Notes: generated by a model from the sequence alone, not told the origin. 64,000 nt of DNA from Patescibacteria group bacterium (GCA_022711335.1 JAKLFF010000001.1:323016-387015); one strand, 5' to 3'; shown: positions 1 to 9,709, counted from the stretch's first letter. Program-made: numbers and translations.

Positions 1-360
1 CTTATCGCATTCCTTGATTTTATTTCTTATTTCTTCAGAAGTGATGCCGTCAGCAAACCCTACAAAATACTTGTCTCCGATGACGGAAAATGGCACCCCT
101 GAAACATCAGCACTCAATGCCTTGCCAATCTTTTGCAGCAATAACGCATTATCCTTATTGTTATATATTTCATAAGTTATTATTTCAAGATTGGGATAAT
201 TTTTTTGCAAATCCTGTAAAAATTGCATTTCTTTGGCACAATGCGGACAGCCATTTCCATAGAAAAGATAAGCATTAATTTTTTCAGAAGCATTTGCCAA
301 AAAATATGCTTGGGAAAAAACAAGAATTGAAATAAAAAATATGGCTAACGATTTTTTCAT
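1..360 (-). CDS. Secreted thioredoxin-fold DsbA-like protein; 3' part runs off the window edge
   Basis: Minus-strand ATG at 358-360. Hydrophobic N-terminal signal/anchor. CxxC motif GCPHCAKE typical of DsbA/thiol-disulfide oxidoreductases. Not in the ORF track because the ORF is open at the window edge. Confidence 0.55.
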   Translation of the reverse strand, partial: MKKSLAIFFISILVFSQAYFLANASEKINAYLFYGNGCPHCAKEMQFLQDLQKNYPNLEIITYEIYNNKDNALLLQKIGKALSADVSGVPFSVIGDKYFVGFADGITSEEIRNKIKECDK

Positions 361-363
361 AGG

Positions 364-633
364 CTATTTATTTTTATGCTGATTGATAAGCTCGACTAAT
401 TTTTCCTTGTCAATTTCTCCGTTTAATCTTAAAATCTCATTTTCTTGACTATCAAGAAAAATAAAAGTTGGAAGAGTTCTATCAACTTTATATTTTTCCA
501 CCATCTCTTTGTTATTATCGAAATCATAATATTCGGTTTTCAGCCAAGAATTTTCTTCTTCTATTTTCTTCCATCTCGGCTTCATCACCAAACAGCCTGA
601 ACACCAAACAGCCCCAAATTTTAAGACTTTCAT
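364..633 (-). CDS. Thioredoxin-family protein
   Basis: 89 aa with a WCSGC active-site motif near the N-terminus and thioredoxin-length fold. Confidence 0.7.
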   Translation of the reverse strand: MKVLKFGAVWCSGCLVMKPRWKKIEEENSWLKTEYYDFDNNKEMVEKYKVDRTLPTFIFLDSQENEILRLNGEIDKEKLVELINQHKNK

Positions 634-1562
634 AAATTTTGTTTTAAATTATTATTCATTTCTATATTAACAATGATTTCTTGAAATAATTTTTCATATT
701 CAGGATTTATTTCCAGAATCGGTTTCATTCGAATAGTTGCATCTACAAAATCTTTTCGGTAAGGAATCTTGCCTAAAATTGGAATGCCTTTTTCTTCGGC
801 AAACTTTTCTATCTCCAAGCAAAAACTACTCGCCAAGTCGTATTTGTTTATGACAATACCGTGCTTGATTTGAAAATGGCGGGCCAGATATAAAACTCTT
901 TTCAAATCGTGAAGAGCTGAAGGTGTCGGTTCGGTAACGGCCACGATATAGTCCGTGCCTACTAAAGAAGCAATTACGGGACAACCCACTCCCGCTGAAG
1001 AATCCACGAGCAACATTTCAGCTTTCAATTGCTGGCTTATTTTGTCCGCATATTTTCGGACTTCTGCCACAATTTCCCCCGAAGCCAGCTCGCCCAACTT
1101 AAGTTCACCTGAAATTAGATTGACTTTGAAATTCTTTCCTTCATATATCTCGCCAATTTCCTTTTTAGTTTCAGAAATAGCTTTCGTTGGACAAGCTACC
1201 AGACAAGCCTTGCATCCGATGCAAACATCCTTAACAAAAGCAGGGTATTTATCTTTAGCAAAAATAATGGCATCTTGCTTGCAAACGTCCGCACATTTTC
1301 CGCACTTCGTGCATTTTTTAAAATCCCATTTGGGAATGGCTTGATAGACTGTTTCGTTTTTTTTTCTTTTAACGGAAAGCAGAAGGTGGTCATTGGGACA
1401 CTCCACATCGGCATCAACCAAAAGCGTAATATATCTTTTGGCATATTCAATCGCCAAGGAAGTCGCAACCATTGATTTTCCAGTTCCGCCTTTTCCGCCA
1501 GTAACAGCTATTTTTACCCCGTTAAATACTTCATTTTGTAAATTTTTTTTATTATTTGACAT
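630..1562 (-). CDS. MinD/ParA-family P-loop ATPase with Cys-rich [4Fe-4S]-type motifs
   Basis: Deviant Walker A GGKGGTGKS. CxxCxxC-type clusters CTKCGKCADVC and CIGCKACLVACP. Same architecture as the archaeal MinD-like Fe-S ATPases that cluster with NifX-like proteins. Confidence 0.75.
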   Translation of the reverse strand: MSNNKKNLQNEVFNGVKIAVTGGKGGTGKSMVATSLAIEYAKRYITLLVDADVECPNDHLLLSVKRKKNETVYQAIPKWDFKKCTKCGKCADVCKQDAIIFAKDKYPAFVKDVCIGCKACLVACPTKAISETKKEIGEIYEGKNFKVNLISGELKLGELASGEIVAEVRKYADKISQQLKAEMLLVDSSAGVGCPVIASLVGTDYIVAVTEPTPSALHDLKRVLYLARHFQIKHGIVINKYDLASSFCLEIEKFAEEKGIPILGKIPYRKDFVDATIRMKPILEINPEYEKLFQEIIVNIEMNNNLKQNL

Positions 1563-1594
1563 ATCTTATTTCCAAGATGTAATTCTATATTTAT

Positions 1595-1972
1595 CTATTT
1601 ATTTAACGGGGTAAATATTTTATGTTCTTCGCAAACATCTTGAGAAGTCGCTTTTTGAAGTTGGTTATTTTTCCATAATTCAAAAATCTCTTTAACTATT
1701 TCCGTCTGATGAACATATACCTCTATGCCAAATTCCCCGCATAAATTAAGAGCTCTTGGGCCCAAACCTCTGCAAAGTAAAACATTAGCACTGTGTGCTT
1801 TCATCAGCTCTGGAGGCAAGCCCTGTCCACCCATATGCTCGCTGGTATTATCTATTATCTCCAGAACTTCGCCTTTCTCATCAAGAAAAGTATAAGTATT
1901 GCATCTGCCAAAATGCTCGGCTATTTTGGCGTCTAATCCTTTTTTATCGTCTGTTGGAATTACGATTTTCAT
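1595..1972 (-). CDS. NifX/NafY-like protein (dinitrogenase FeMo-cofactor biosynthesis domain family)
   Basis: 125 aa. MKIVIP...HFGRC...F N-terminal pattern and length match MTH1175-like Fe-S cofactor carrier proteins. Confidence 0.65.
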   Translation of the reverse strand: MKIVIPTDDKKGLDAKIAEHFGRCNTYTFLDEKGEVLEIIDNTSEHMGGQGLPPELMKAHSANVLLCRGLGPRALNLCGEFGIEVYVHQTEIVKEIFELWKNNQLQKATSQDVCEEHKIFTPLNK

Positions 1973-1978
1973 ATTAAG

Positions 1979-2311
1979 TTATTTTTTAAATTTTTTATCA
2001 ATAAAATCCTGCAAAACATTCTGAATTTTACCCTCTCCATTATATACATCAATATTAAATTGTTTTAGGACATCCATCGCTCTCGGTCCAATGGTTTTTG
2101 CTATTACAGCATTAACATTGTTTTCCGCCAATAACTTGGCAGCTGACATTCCCGCTCCGCTTGATTGGTTTTCACTTTCATTTTTCAAAGCTTCGGTTTT
2201 TACAATTTTTCCAGCCTCAATTTCCGCAATGATAAAATACGGACATCTTCCAAATAACTCAGAAACACTGTCGGACAATTTTTTGCCTGTTGAAGTAATT
2301 GCTATTTTCAT
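1979..2311 (-). CDS. NifX/NafY-like protein (second paralog)
   Basis: 110 aa. MKIAI...LFGRCPYFII...AVI...GPRA pattern of the Nitro_FeMo-Co domain. Confidence 0.65.
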   Translation of the reverse strand: MKIAITSTGKKLSDSVSELFGRCPYFIIAEIEAGKIVKTEALKNESENQSSGAGMSAAKLLAENNVNAVIAKTIGPRAMDVLKQFNIDVYNGEGKIQNVLQDFIDKKFKK

Positions 2312-2329
2312 AACAAAATATTTTACGAA

Positions 2330-2593
2330 TTATTTTTGATTTTTAATTTCGTCCAAGCGAGATTTTACCGCCTTTAATTCTTCTTCCAAAATTTGGGCCT
2401 CTTCAGAAAGAATATCGGTTTCTTCTTTTTTGGTCATATTTGGTGCAGGATAATATCCCCAAAATCTTCTCCAACCCAAACCACGTCCACCGCTTCTTCT
2501 ACCATAACCCATACCTCCACCGCAAGGACCCATTCCCCAGCCTGTTCCAGGACCGTATCCCATTGGACCTGTTCCATTTTGTCTTGGCATATT
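2330..2593 (-). CDS. DUF5320-like glycine-rich small protein
   Basis: N-terminal MPRQNGTGPMGYGPGTGWGMGPCGG matches the DUF5320 signature. The real start is the internal ATG at 2593, preceded by a perfect SD (AAAGGAGGTGA, 6 nt upstream). The track ORF 2330..2653 is over-extended. Confidence 0.5.
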   Translation of the reverse strand, partial: NMPRQNGTGPMGYGPGTGWGMGPCGGGMGYGRRSGGRGLGWRRFWGYYPAPNMTKKEETDILSEEAQILEEELKAVKSRLDEIKNQK

Positions 2594-2770
2594 TATCACC
2601 TCCTTTTCTAATCTACTTATTTTAGCTGTTGTATACTTTGAATATATACCCATTATATATTACTGTCAATAATAAGAATATCTTTCAAGCGGAGAACGGA
2701 GCAAATAAAAAAACCGCCAATTTGTAGCGATTCTGTAGAAATTTAACCCCAATCTCTTTTTTTATATAAC

Positions 2771-3109
2771 CTATTTTTTATACCCTGCAACCAGATATAA
2801 CACACCTGGAATCAAAGGCAAAAGCATATTGCTGCTAAAGCTTGCTTCTGTCATTATCCCCACTAAAAAACCTATCATCATTGGAATGACGATGAGATAG
2901 CCTCCAGCCTTTTCAAATTTCCATCCCACCAAAAGCCCTGTAAAAATTATCGGCATCATTGCCAATGCGACATTTTCCCACAATGAATAATTAGGATTGA
3001 TAAAAGGCAACGGATTTCCATAACCGAAATAAAAAGGCAAGCCGAATACCAATATTGCCAAGGCAATGATTCTGGCAGTCCATCTGATTGTTTTTAATTG
3101 ATTTTCCAT
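2771..3109 (-). CDS. Small integral membrane protein (3-4 TM), unknown function
   Basis: Hydrophobic segments throughout. No recognisable motif. Confidence 0.35.
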   Translation of the reverse strand: MENQLKTIRWTARIIALAILVFGLPFYFGYGNPLPFINPNYSLWENVALAMMPIIFTGLLVGWKFEKAGGYLIVIPMMIGFLVGIMTEASFSSNMLLPLIPGVLYLVAGYKK

Positions 3110-3215
3110 ATAAATCTATTTCTTAAGGATTCCATACATCCAGCTGGTCGCATTCCCATTTTTTACCCAACGGATGGCTTTTTCTACTTCATATGCTGAT
3201 TGCATAAAATTAATT

Positions 3216-4538
3216 TTATGACTTATTTGCATTTTTCTTCACAAACTCCTTCTGCTTTTTTCTTTTCTCCAAAAACCCCATATTATCGACCTCCCTCGCA
3301 TTTATATCTGATAACTCTTCTAGTTCCCTGTCCAGCTTGCACACATCAGGATTGACTTCCAGCGCCACTTCGTTAAGCCCCAGCAGTTTTATGCCATTAA
3401 GCGTTCTGATCCTGGAAAGCGCCACATAACCCATCCCGTATTCAAAGGATTTGCTCAAATCCATTTCCACCGCGTCCAGTGTCATGCCTTGGCTTTTGTG
3501 AACGGTTATTGCCCAAGCTAGTCTCAATGGAATCTGACTAATAGAAGCAATTTCTATGTCGTCTTCCTCAATTGACCATTTCTCCGGCTGGGCAATAATT
3601 TCCTTGCCTTTGAAAGTTCGTATGATCGGCAATTTATGTTTGTCAAAATCAATGACTTTCCCTAAAGTTCCGTTGACATAGCCTCGGTCAAAATTGTTTT
3701 TGACAAACATCACCACCGCGTCTTTTTTGAGTATCAGTCGTTCTGGAGCAAGACACCCTTGCTTGAGCATTTTTATAAGAGGCTCTATTCCCTTGGAATG
3801 CATCCTGTAGGCAATCGGTTTTTCATTGATTTTTTCCAGCTCCATTTCGTTTATGGTATCAACGTTAGCATTGTGCGTGAAAAGTCTGGCTGGAATAATG
3901 TCGCTTTTAATTGGTTTGTTTTCTCTGGAAAGCACGAGTCCTAAAATTTCCGAATCCACTGCTTGACAGCGGATAGCGTTCAAGACCTTTGTCATCTGGG
4001 AATCTTCCTGACGATATTGTTCTTCCAGATAACAGATTCTGGGATTCATTTCCTGCCAAGATTGGGACTCGGTTACAAATCTGGCTCTTTGATCGCCTTT
4101 TGTTACCGGCGGAAGCTGGAAAAAATCTCCACAGAGAATCACTTGCAGTCCGCCGAAAGGCAAAAATGGTTCTTTGAATCTTTTGCAGATACTATTCACG
4201 ATATCCAGCTGATGGGCGTGCAGCATGGATATTTCGTCAATAATCAGAACTTTGGCTTTGGTTATTTTTCTCTGGTAAAAATACTTCCGTTTTAATTTGT
4301 TATAATCAGCTTCACTGAAGCTGTCTTTAATGCCCATGCCTGACCAGCTATGCACAGTTTGGCCGTTCATGTGAGTCGCAGCAATGCCGGTGGAAGCTGT
4401 CACCGCCACACCGATGTTTTTGCTTTTGAGATACTGGATATACTGATTGAGCAGATGAGTTTTCCCGCTTCCGGCCGGGCCAGTCAAAAACACATTATGC
4501 CCCATTTTCAAGATATCCAGAGCTGTTTTCTGTTTCAT
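3216..4538 (-). CDS. PIF1-family (RecD-like SF1B) DNA helicase
   Basis: Walker A GPAGSGKTHLL, DEISM (Walker B), motif QLPPV and overall PIF1 motif order. 440 aa is bacterial Pif1 size. 4 bp downstream of the Fic-like gene. Confidence 0.8.
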   Translation of the reverse strand: MKQKTALDILKMGHNVFLTGPAGSGKTHLLNQYIQYLKSKNIGVAVTASTGIAATHMNGQTVHSWSGMGIKDSFSEADYNKLKRKYFYQRKITKAKVLIIDEISMLHAHQLDIVNSICKRFKEPFLPFGGLQVILCGDFFQLPPVTKGDQRARFVTESQSWQEMNPRICYLEEQYRQEDSQMTKVLNAIRCQAVDSEILGLVLSRENKPIKSDIIPARLFTHNANVDTINEMELEKINEKPIAYRMHSKGIEPLIKMLKQGCLAPERLILKKDAVVMFVKNNFDRGYVNGTLGKVIDFDKHKLPIIRTFKGKEIIAQPEKWSIEEDDIEIASISQIPLRLAWAITVHKSQGMTLDAVEMDLSKSFEYGMGYVALSRIRTLNGIKLLGLNEVALEVNPDVCKLDRELEELSDINAREVDNMGFLEKRKKQKEFVKKNANKS

Positions 4539-4541
4539 TGC

Positions 4542-5597
4542 TTATTTCACCGCATAATTTTCTGCGGCAAACTCGTATTGCTCAATAAATATCTTTTTCA
4601 TCGGCACGATTGAATTTAGTTCGTAGAAAACCAGAACGGCTGATTTGTATTCTTCTTCGTCCACGCTGCGATACGACAATGGAGCGAGTGAATGAGAGAT
4701 TAGAAGAGCGTTAGTCATAAGCCTGGATGTTCTTTTATTCCCATCTTCAAACGGTTGGATATAACTGATGCCGAGAAGCGCTAAAAGAGCCTTGACATAA
4801 GGCGTGTCGTTTTTGGAAACTACTTTTGAAAGCGTTTCGATAGCTTCGGTTATTTGATAGATGTTATCCAACGGTTTATAAACTGATCCGGTAATTCCAA
4901 CGGCTCTTGATCTAAAGCCTGTGCTGACATTCAAATCTTTGATGACAATTAAATGCAGTTCTTCCAGATTTTTCCGAGTGATAGTCTGGAATTGGGAAGA
5001 ATGCGAACGGATATAATTAAAAGCGTCTTTATGATTCAGGATCATCTGAGTTTCATTCTTGCTATGTCCCGGAGCCTCCTTGTTTTCCAAAATTAGTTTT
5101 TCCGTATCAAGAAGCGTGTAGGTATTACCTTCAATTTTGGACGATTTCCAGGAAAGTTCAATTACCAAACGTTCCAGTTCTTTTTTCTGGATGGTAGAAG
5201 AAATGCCAACCGTTCTTTTTTTGTATATCCGGGTAGCTTTTTCCAATTTTCCCAACTCCTCTTCAGTAAAAATATCAGCGGGAAAATTTGACAGCAAATT
5301 GAAATTGTACTGGTTAAAACCATATCTCTTATCTGGTTCGACTGCCACATATTGTTTGGCATTAACATCCGCCAAAACTCGTCCAGCAATGCTTAACTCA
5401 TAGCTTGTTGACCGTCCCGAACCGGATACTTCCAAAAAGCCTTTTTCAGTTAGTTCCGACAAGGCTCTTTTGACTGTCACCAGAGAAACATCTTCTCCGG
5501 CACTTTTTAATTCTTCGTGCAGTTGAGAAGACTGCATTTTCCCTTTTTCAAGGAAAATCTCAATGACTTTTTGTTGTTTTGTGGTTATTTTTTGCAT
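4542..5597 (-). CDS. Fic/DOC-family protein with N-terminal winged-helix domain; catalytic motif degenerate (QPFEDGNKRTSR)
   Basis: Fic core HxFx(D/E)GNGRxxR is present as QPFEDGNKRTSR, with Gln in place of the catalytic His. The N-terminal ~70 aa are wHTH-like. Confidence 0.7.
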   Translation of the reverse strand: MQKITTKQQKVIEIFLEKGKMQSSQLHEELKSAGEDVSLVTVKRALSELTEKGFLEVSGSGRSTSYELSIAGRVLADVNAKQYVAVEPDKRYGFNQYNFNLLSNFPADIFTEEELGKLEKATRIYKKRTVGISSTIQKKELERLVIELSWKSSKIEGNTYTLLDTEKLILENKEAPGHSKNETQMILNHKDAFNYIRSHSSQFQTITRKNLEELHLIVIKDLNVSTGFRSRAVGITGSVYKPLDNIYQITEAIETLSKVVSKNDTPYVKALLALLGISYIQPFEDGNKRTSRLMTNALLISHSLAPLSYRSVDEEEYKSAVLVFYELNSIVPMKKIFIEQYEFAAENYAVK

Positions 5598-5918
5598 AAT
5601 CGTATCATTTAATTAACCTAATCATATCATAATGATACGATTATAGCAAGTAACCGGCAAATTAGTTGGGCTCTTAATGTGTGTGTATACACTCATTTCC
5701 GCACTTTTTCGTAGGCGTGGAATTTCTTTTTGTTCATTATTTTATTGCTTAATGCTAATGCAACAGCAATTTAGATTCGGTTGCGAAACAAAGCAAGTCC
5801 GAAAAGCCAGAGTTATCCACTTAGGCGGGGAACGGAGGCAATAACGCAAAAACTGCTATTTCTGGCGATTAAACGGAGCGGAGCGGTGGCTAATTTAAGA
5901 TAAACTATCGCTTCTATT

Positions 5919-6686
5919 TTATCCAAAAAAACGTAACAAGAAATTATAGAATTTACGTTCTTTTATAGAAATATGCTTATTCAGCATAATACTTTCGTCA
6001 TCGTTCCAACCTCCGTCAAACTCTAATACCCATCTTTTTCTTATAAAGTTAGTATTCACCCCGCTTAACATAAGTTCAAATTCATATTTGCCAGGCTCAA
6101 TGACATTAGGAATTTCACCTTTGCTGACTTTATTAGGCTGAACTGCAGTATCAAGAAGCAGGATTGTGTATTTACTATTTATTGGTCTAAAACTCCCAAA
6201 ATCACAGTGCCTAAAAAATCTCCTGGGTATGCTTCTTTTTTTTCCTTCAAAATGACTCCACTTCAAATTCATAGGAAGGAACGCTTTTTTGACCTTCTTC
6301 TCACCATTTTCATCAATAGTCCAAAAATTTGAGATGATAATCTCAGCATCATCAGCTGAGTTACCTTTAATATGAGAAACCCTTATCCTAATATAAACAC
6401 AATTTGATACAAACTCTCTTGTGGCAGAGTTAGTCAGTTCAATCTGATGACAATCGGGCGAAGTAGTGTTAATAAACATTGAAACTTTGGCTTTCCTGTT
6501 CTTATATCTATCATAGAAAAAGGTTGAAAGTGCCACTGCACCCAAAAAAATAGTACCTATAGCAGTCCAAGCGTCTGTATTGATAGTTTTTACATAAGAA
6601 TTATTCTGAAAGAAAGCAAAGACAACCCAGCCCATTTCAATGATAAGGACTAACGCAATAAGTTTAGTAATAAAATTTTTAATCAT
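5919..6686 (-). CDS. Hypothetical membrane-anchored protein (2 N-terminal TM helices, ~190 aa soluble domain)
   Basis: ORF only. No family recognised. Lies directly downstream of the 16S rRNA on the same strand. Confidence 0.35.
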   Translation of the reverse strand: MIKNFITKLIALVLIIEMGWVVFAFFQNNSYVKTINTDAWTAIGTIFLGAVALSTFFYDRYKNRKAKVSMFINTTSPDCHQIELTNSATREFVSNCVYIRIRVSHIKGNSADDAEIIISNFWTIDENGEKKVKKAFLPMNLKWSHFEGKKRSIPRRFFRHCDFGSFRPINSKYTILLLDTAVQPNKVSKGEIPNVIEPGKYEFELMLSGVNTNFIRKRWVLEFDGGWNDDESIMLNKHISIKERKFYNFLLRFFG

Positions 6687-7027
6687 ATGCCTACCAAAAA
6701 ACGGGGAATAAATCCCCGAATTTTGTATTTAGTAAATCACAAATTTTTGCGGTTCCCCGAACTAATGTTCAGGGCCGTTAACCTATCGTTAACGGAGTCC
6801 TTTAAGAGTCTATCGGTGTGTATACTTGCACACCTAGGGATTATATAGCTCCCATGGGCATTGCTGTTCCTTTGAATAAATCCAAAGGTCGACCAGCGGA
6901 TAGAATCTACATTCCACAACGCTAGGTTTGACCCTATGCGTCTTTGTGTGAAATGCTCTCAGATTCTACCAAATTCTCCCTAGAAAGGAGGTGATCCATC
7001 CACAGGTTCCCCTACGGATGCCTTGTT

Positions 7028-7865
7028 CATGTTTTCTCCAAACGTGTTTCCACGGGCATGGACTATATCTTCACCCCGATTAAATCGGGGGCCAACGTGT
7101 AGTCTCTACGGGGTCAAAGGTAGCTTGTAAACCATATTGGGATGCATATAAGGAAAAACTAATTCCTTAAATTTATTGATGTTACTAACTGGCACATAAA
7201 GCCTGCATCCTTTACTGTCCCAATTGAGATTAACTTGAAGATTAAAATTACGCTTCAAGCAATCAATCAGTGACCTATTTTCATCCCTCGAAAAACTGTG
7301 AGTGCTTATAGTAATGGTTTTCTTAGAAGTACTAAGACTGCCATCATCCATAAACCACACAGCCAAACTTATTGGATCAACGAAAATTTCTTTAATGTTT
7401 TTTGGAATAATTTTCTTCCCAACAGGATAGAATATCTCTCGATACTCTGTAAGTTGATAGTGAGAAATGGTTCTAAATCTGAACGACCGATGCTGCTGCA
7501 AATATTTCGGTTGAGTAAGAACCCAATCTTCAAATATTCCAGCAGTCCATAAGACATAGTCTTTATGTTCAGCTTTTTGTTCCACCTGCAATCTATAACT
7601 TTTTCCCGTTAAGGTAGAAATTAGAGAACCATCGCCTAAAATTTTTCCCACCAAAACTCCTTTTTGGATTTCAGTGAGATTTAGACTACTTCTAATATTC
7701 CTAACAATTTTCGAGTTCCAATTTTTTATACCTCGACTTCCCACGGTATTACCATAAGCTAATTATGTCTTAATTTTAACATAATTGTAGCTGTTAGGCT
7801 TCACCGTTACAGTTGGGTTTGTCGTGAGGATTGCTCCTCAAGGTCGCAACGATTAGTGTAATCAA
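7028..7865 (-). mobile_element. Intron in 16S rRNA (~E. coli position 1506) carrying a LAGLIDADG homing endonuclease gene
   Basis: Exon sequence CCTTGTT | ACGACTTCACCC is split by ~838 nt, and an ORF lies wholly inside the insert. Confidence 0.8.
7106..7744 (-). CDS. LAGLIDADG homing endonuclease (double-motif, single-chain type)
   Basis: Two LAGLIDADG motifs: ILGDGSL (N-terminal) and FMDDGSL (C-terminal). 212 aa. Sits entirely inside the 16S insertion. Confidence 0.85.
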   Translation of the reverse strand: MGSRGIKNWNSKIVRNIRSSLNLTEIQKGVLVGKILGDGSLISTLTGKSYRLQVEQKAEHKDYVLWTAGIFEDWVLTQPKYLQQHRSFRFRTISHYQLTEYREIFYPVGKKIIPKNIKEIFVDPISLAVWFMDDGSLSTSKKTITISTHSFSRDENRSLIDCLKRNFNLQVNLNWDSKGCRLYVPVSNINKFKELVFPYMHPNMVYKLPLTP

Positions 7866-7954
7866 ACGACTTCACCCTTATCATCGATCCCACCCTGGTC
7901 CCTGCTTTGAAACAGGGCCTTCCGGTGTTACCGACTCTCTTGGTGTGACGGGCG

Positions 7955-8405
7955 ATTATCTTTGAGAAACTTCAAATTGATGTTCCCATCGCGCCTGCGG
8001 ATTTCCCGCACGCGACGAGCTCTAATGCATTTTAATTTCAAAGTCACATTTAAAAAATGAAATATAATTTCTTATGCAATTGAGTAAGTCCTTCACCTTT
8101 AATAAAGTTACTACGACTTAGCTGACTTCTTATAAAGTCATAAGTTTCTTGGCTTTATAAGATCTCCCGGGGTTATATATTATTCCATTCCTGACATTCC
8201 AACGCATCGAGTCTAGGCATCTTCCCTAACCTCACCACCCAATCATAGGTCGATGCGATGCTTTTTATTGTTGGACTGCCGTTTGTTTCCAGGTCCTTCA
8301 CCGCATTGCTCGCGCAATGCGACTACCTTTCAACTACGCTCTCGTGACGAACGAGAGGGAGAGATTTTAACTCTCTTAAACAATACACTGCCCGGCGCTT
8401 TTATT
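7955..8405 (-). other. ORF-less ~450-nt insertion (putative intron) in the 16S 1390s region
   Basis: GGTGTGACGGGCG and GTGAGTACAAGATCCGAGAACGTATTCACCG, contiguous in all 16S genes, are separated here by ~450 nt of GC-moderate structured sequence. Confidence 0.5.
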
Positions 8406-8635
8406 GTGAGTACAAGATCCGAGAACGTATTCACCGTGACATGGCTGATTCACGATTACTAGTGATTCCGGCTTCATGAGGTCGAGTTGCAGACCTCAAT
8501 CCGAACTGAGACCAAGTTTTTGGGATTAGCTCCGCCTTGCGGCTTGGCAACCCTTTGTCTTGGCCATTGTAGCACGTGTGTCGCCCAGGGCGTCAAAGGG
8601 CCACGCTGATCTGACGTCATCCCCGCCTTCCTCCC

Positions 8636-8830
8636 AGAACTTTGCACGCGAAACGTGCAAAGTAAATCCGAAGCACGAAATCCTAAATCCAAAACAAATT
8701 CAAATAATAAAATTTAAATTTTCAAAACGTATTTGTTTTGAATTTTAAAAATTAGAATTTTGAAAATTGTTTGGGATTTCGATATTCGAATTTCGAATTT
8801 ACTTTGCGCTCTCGCGCAAAGTTCTGGGCA
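8636..8830 (-). repeat. ~190-nt AT-rich hairpin insertion in 16S (copy 1 of a duplicated element) closed by a GC-rich stem
   Basis: The insert is flanked by complementary arms CAGAACTTTGCACGCGAAACGTGCAAAGTAAAT / ATTTACTTTGCGCTCTCGCGCAAAGTTCTGG. Its ~110-nt core is ~85% identical to 10330-10445. Confidence 0.5.
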
Positions 8831-9051
8831 GTCTCGCGTGACATAGTAACACGCGACAGGGGTTGCGCTCGTTTCCTGACTTAACAGAACACCTTACGGC
8901 ACGAGCTGACGACGACCGTGCAACGCCTGCTTAGCACCCTCGAAGGCTTATCTGTTTCCAGATAATGCAGCTAAGTTTCAAGCCCTGGTAAGGTTCCTCG
9001 CTTATTGACGAATTAAACCACATGCTCCACCACTTGTGCGGATCCCCGTCT

Positions 9052-9083
<32 letters not shown>

Positions 9084-9709
9084 TCCCAGGCGGCAGACTT
9101 AACGCGTTAGCTACGACACCGGAAGGGTCGATTCTCCCGATACCTAGTCTGCATCGTTTAGGGCGTGGACTACTGGGGTATCTAATCCCATTCGCTACCC
9201 ACGCTTTCGCATCTCAGCGTCAGAAAAGTGCCAATCAAATGCCTTCGCCTTTGGTGTTCCATATGATATCAACGCATTTCACTGCTACACCATATGTTCC
9301 ATTGATCTCTCACTTTCTCAAGATATGCCGTTTCAAATGCAGTTTTCGAGTTGAGCTCGAAGATTTGACATCTGACTAACATACCCGCCTACATGCGCTT
9401 TACGCCCAATAAATCCGGATAACGCTTGAGGTCTCTGTATTACCGCTACTGCTGGCACAGAGTTAGTAACCTCTTATTCAATCGGTACCGTCAAATTGTG
9501 CCTCACTATTGCTTTGTAATTTTCAATTTACAATTATCAATTTTCAATAAATTTACAATTTATTAATTTCCAATTTTCAAATCGTCATATTGATAATTGA
9601 AAATTGAATCTTGATAATTTTTTGTAAATTGTAAATTGGTAAATGTAAATTGTTTTTTTAGGAATTGAATGGAGATTGCGAGACCGCGAGGTTCCGCAAT
9701 CCCGCAGTT

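Noticed and set aside
955-1614. Plus-strand ORFs 955..1344, 1275..1475, 1393..1614 and the many other 60-150-aa ORFs antisense to well-supported genes (e.g. 11379..11843, 21868..22500, 32422..33159, 41628..42267).
   Set aside because: Fully embedded antisense in genes with clear homology. Low-complexity translations, no SD and no conserved motifs.
2681-5880. Shared ~17-nt motif G(A/G)GAACGGAG(G)CAA(A)TAA at 2683-2702 and 5829-5848, upstream of the DUF5320 gene and the Fic gene.
   Set aside because: Single pair, imperfect, and at different distances from the starts. Could be chance. Mentioned only for completeness.
5686-6841. GTGTGTATAC-containing palindromes at 5688-5700 and 6823-6841 flanking the hypothetical gene 5919..6686. 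Considered as terminal inverted repeats of a mobile cassette.
   Set aside because: Only ~10 nt are shared and the adjacent CTCTTAA/TTAAGAG matches are in inconsistent order. Too weak to call.
6700-6984. Possible tRNA (Ile/Ala) in the region downstream of the 16S, as in many rrn operons.
   Set aside because: No T-arm/acceptor consensus (GGTTCGAATCC or its complement) and no cloverleaf could be found by eye on either strand. Left as no call pending a tRNA search.
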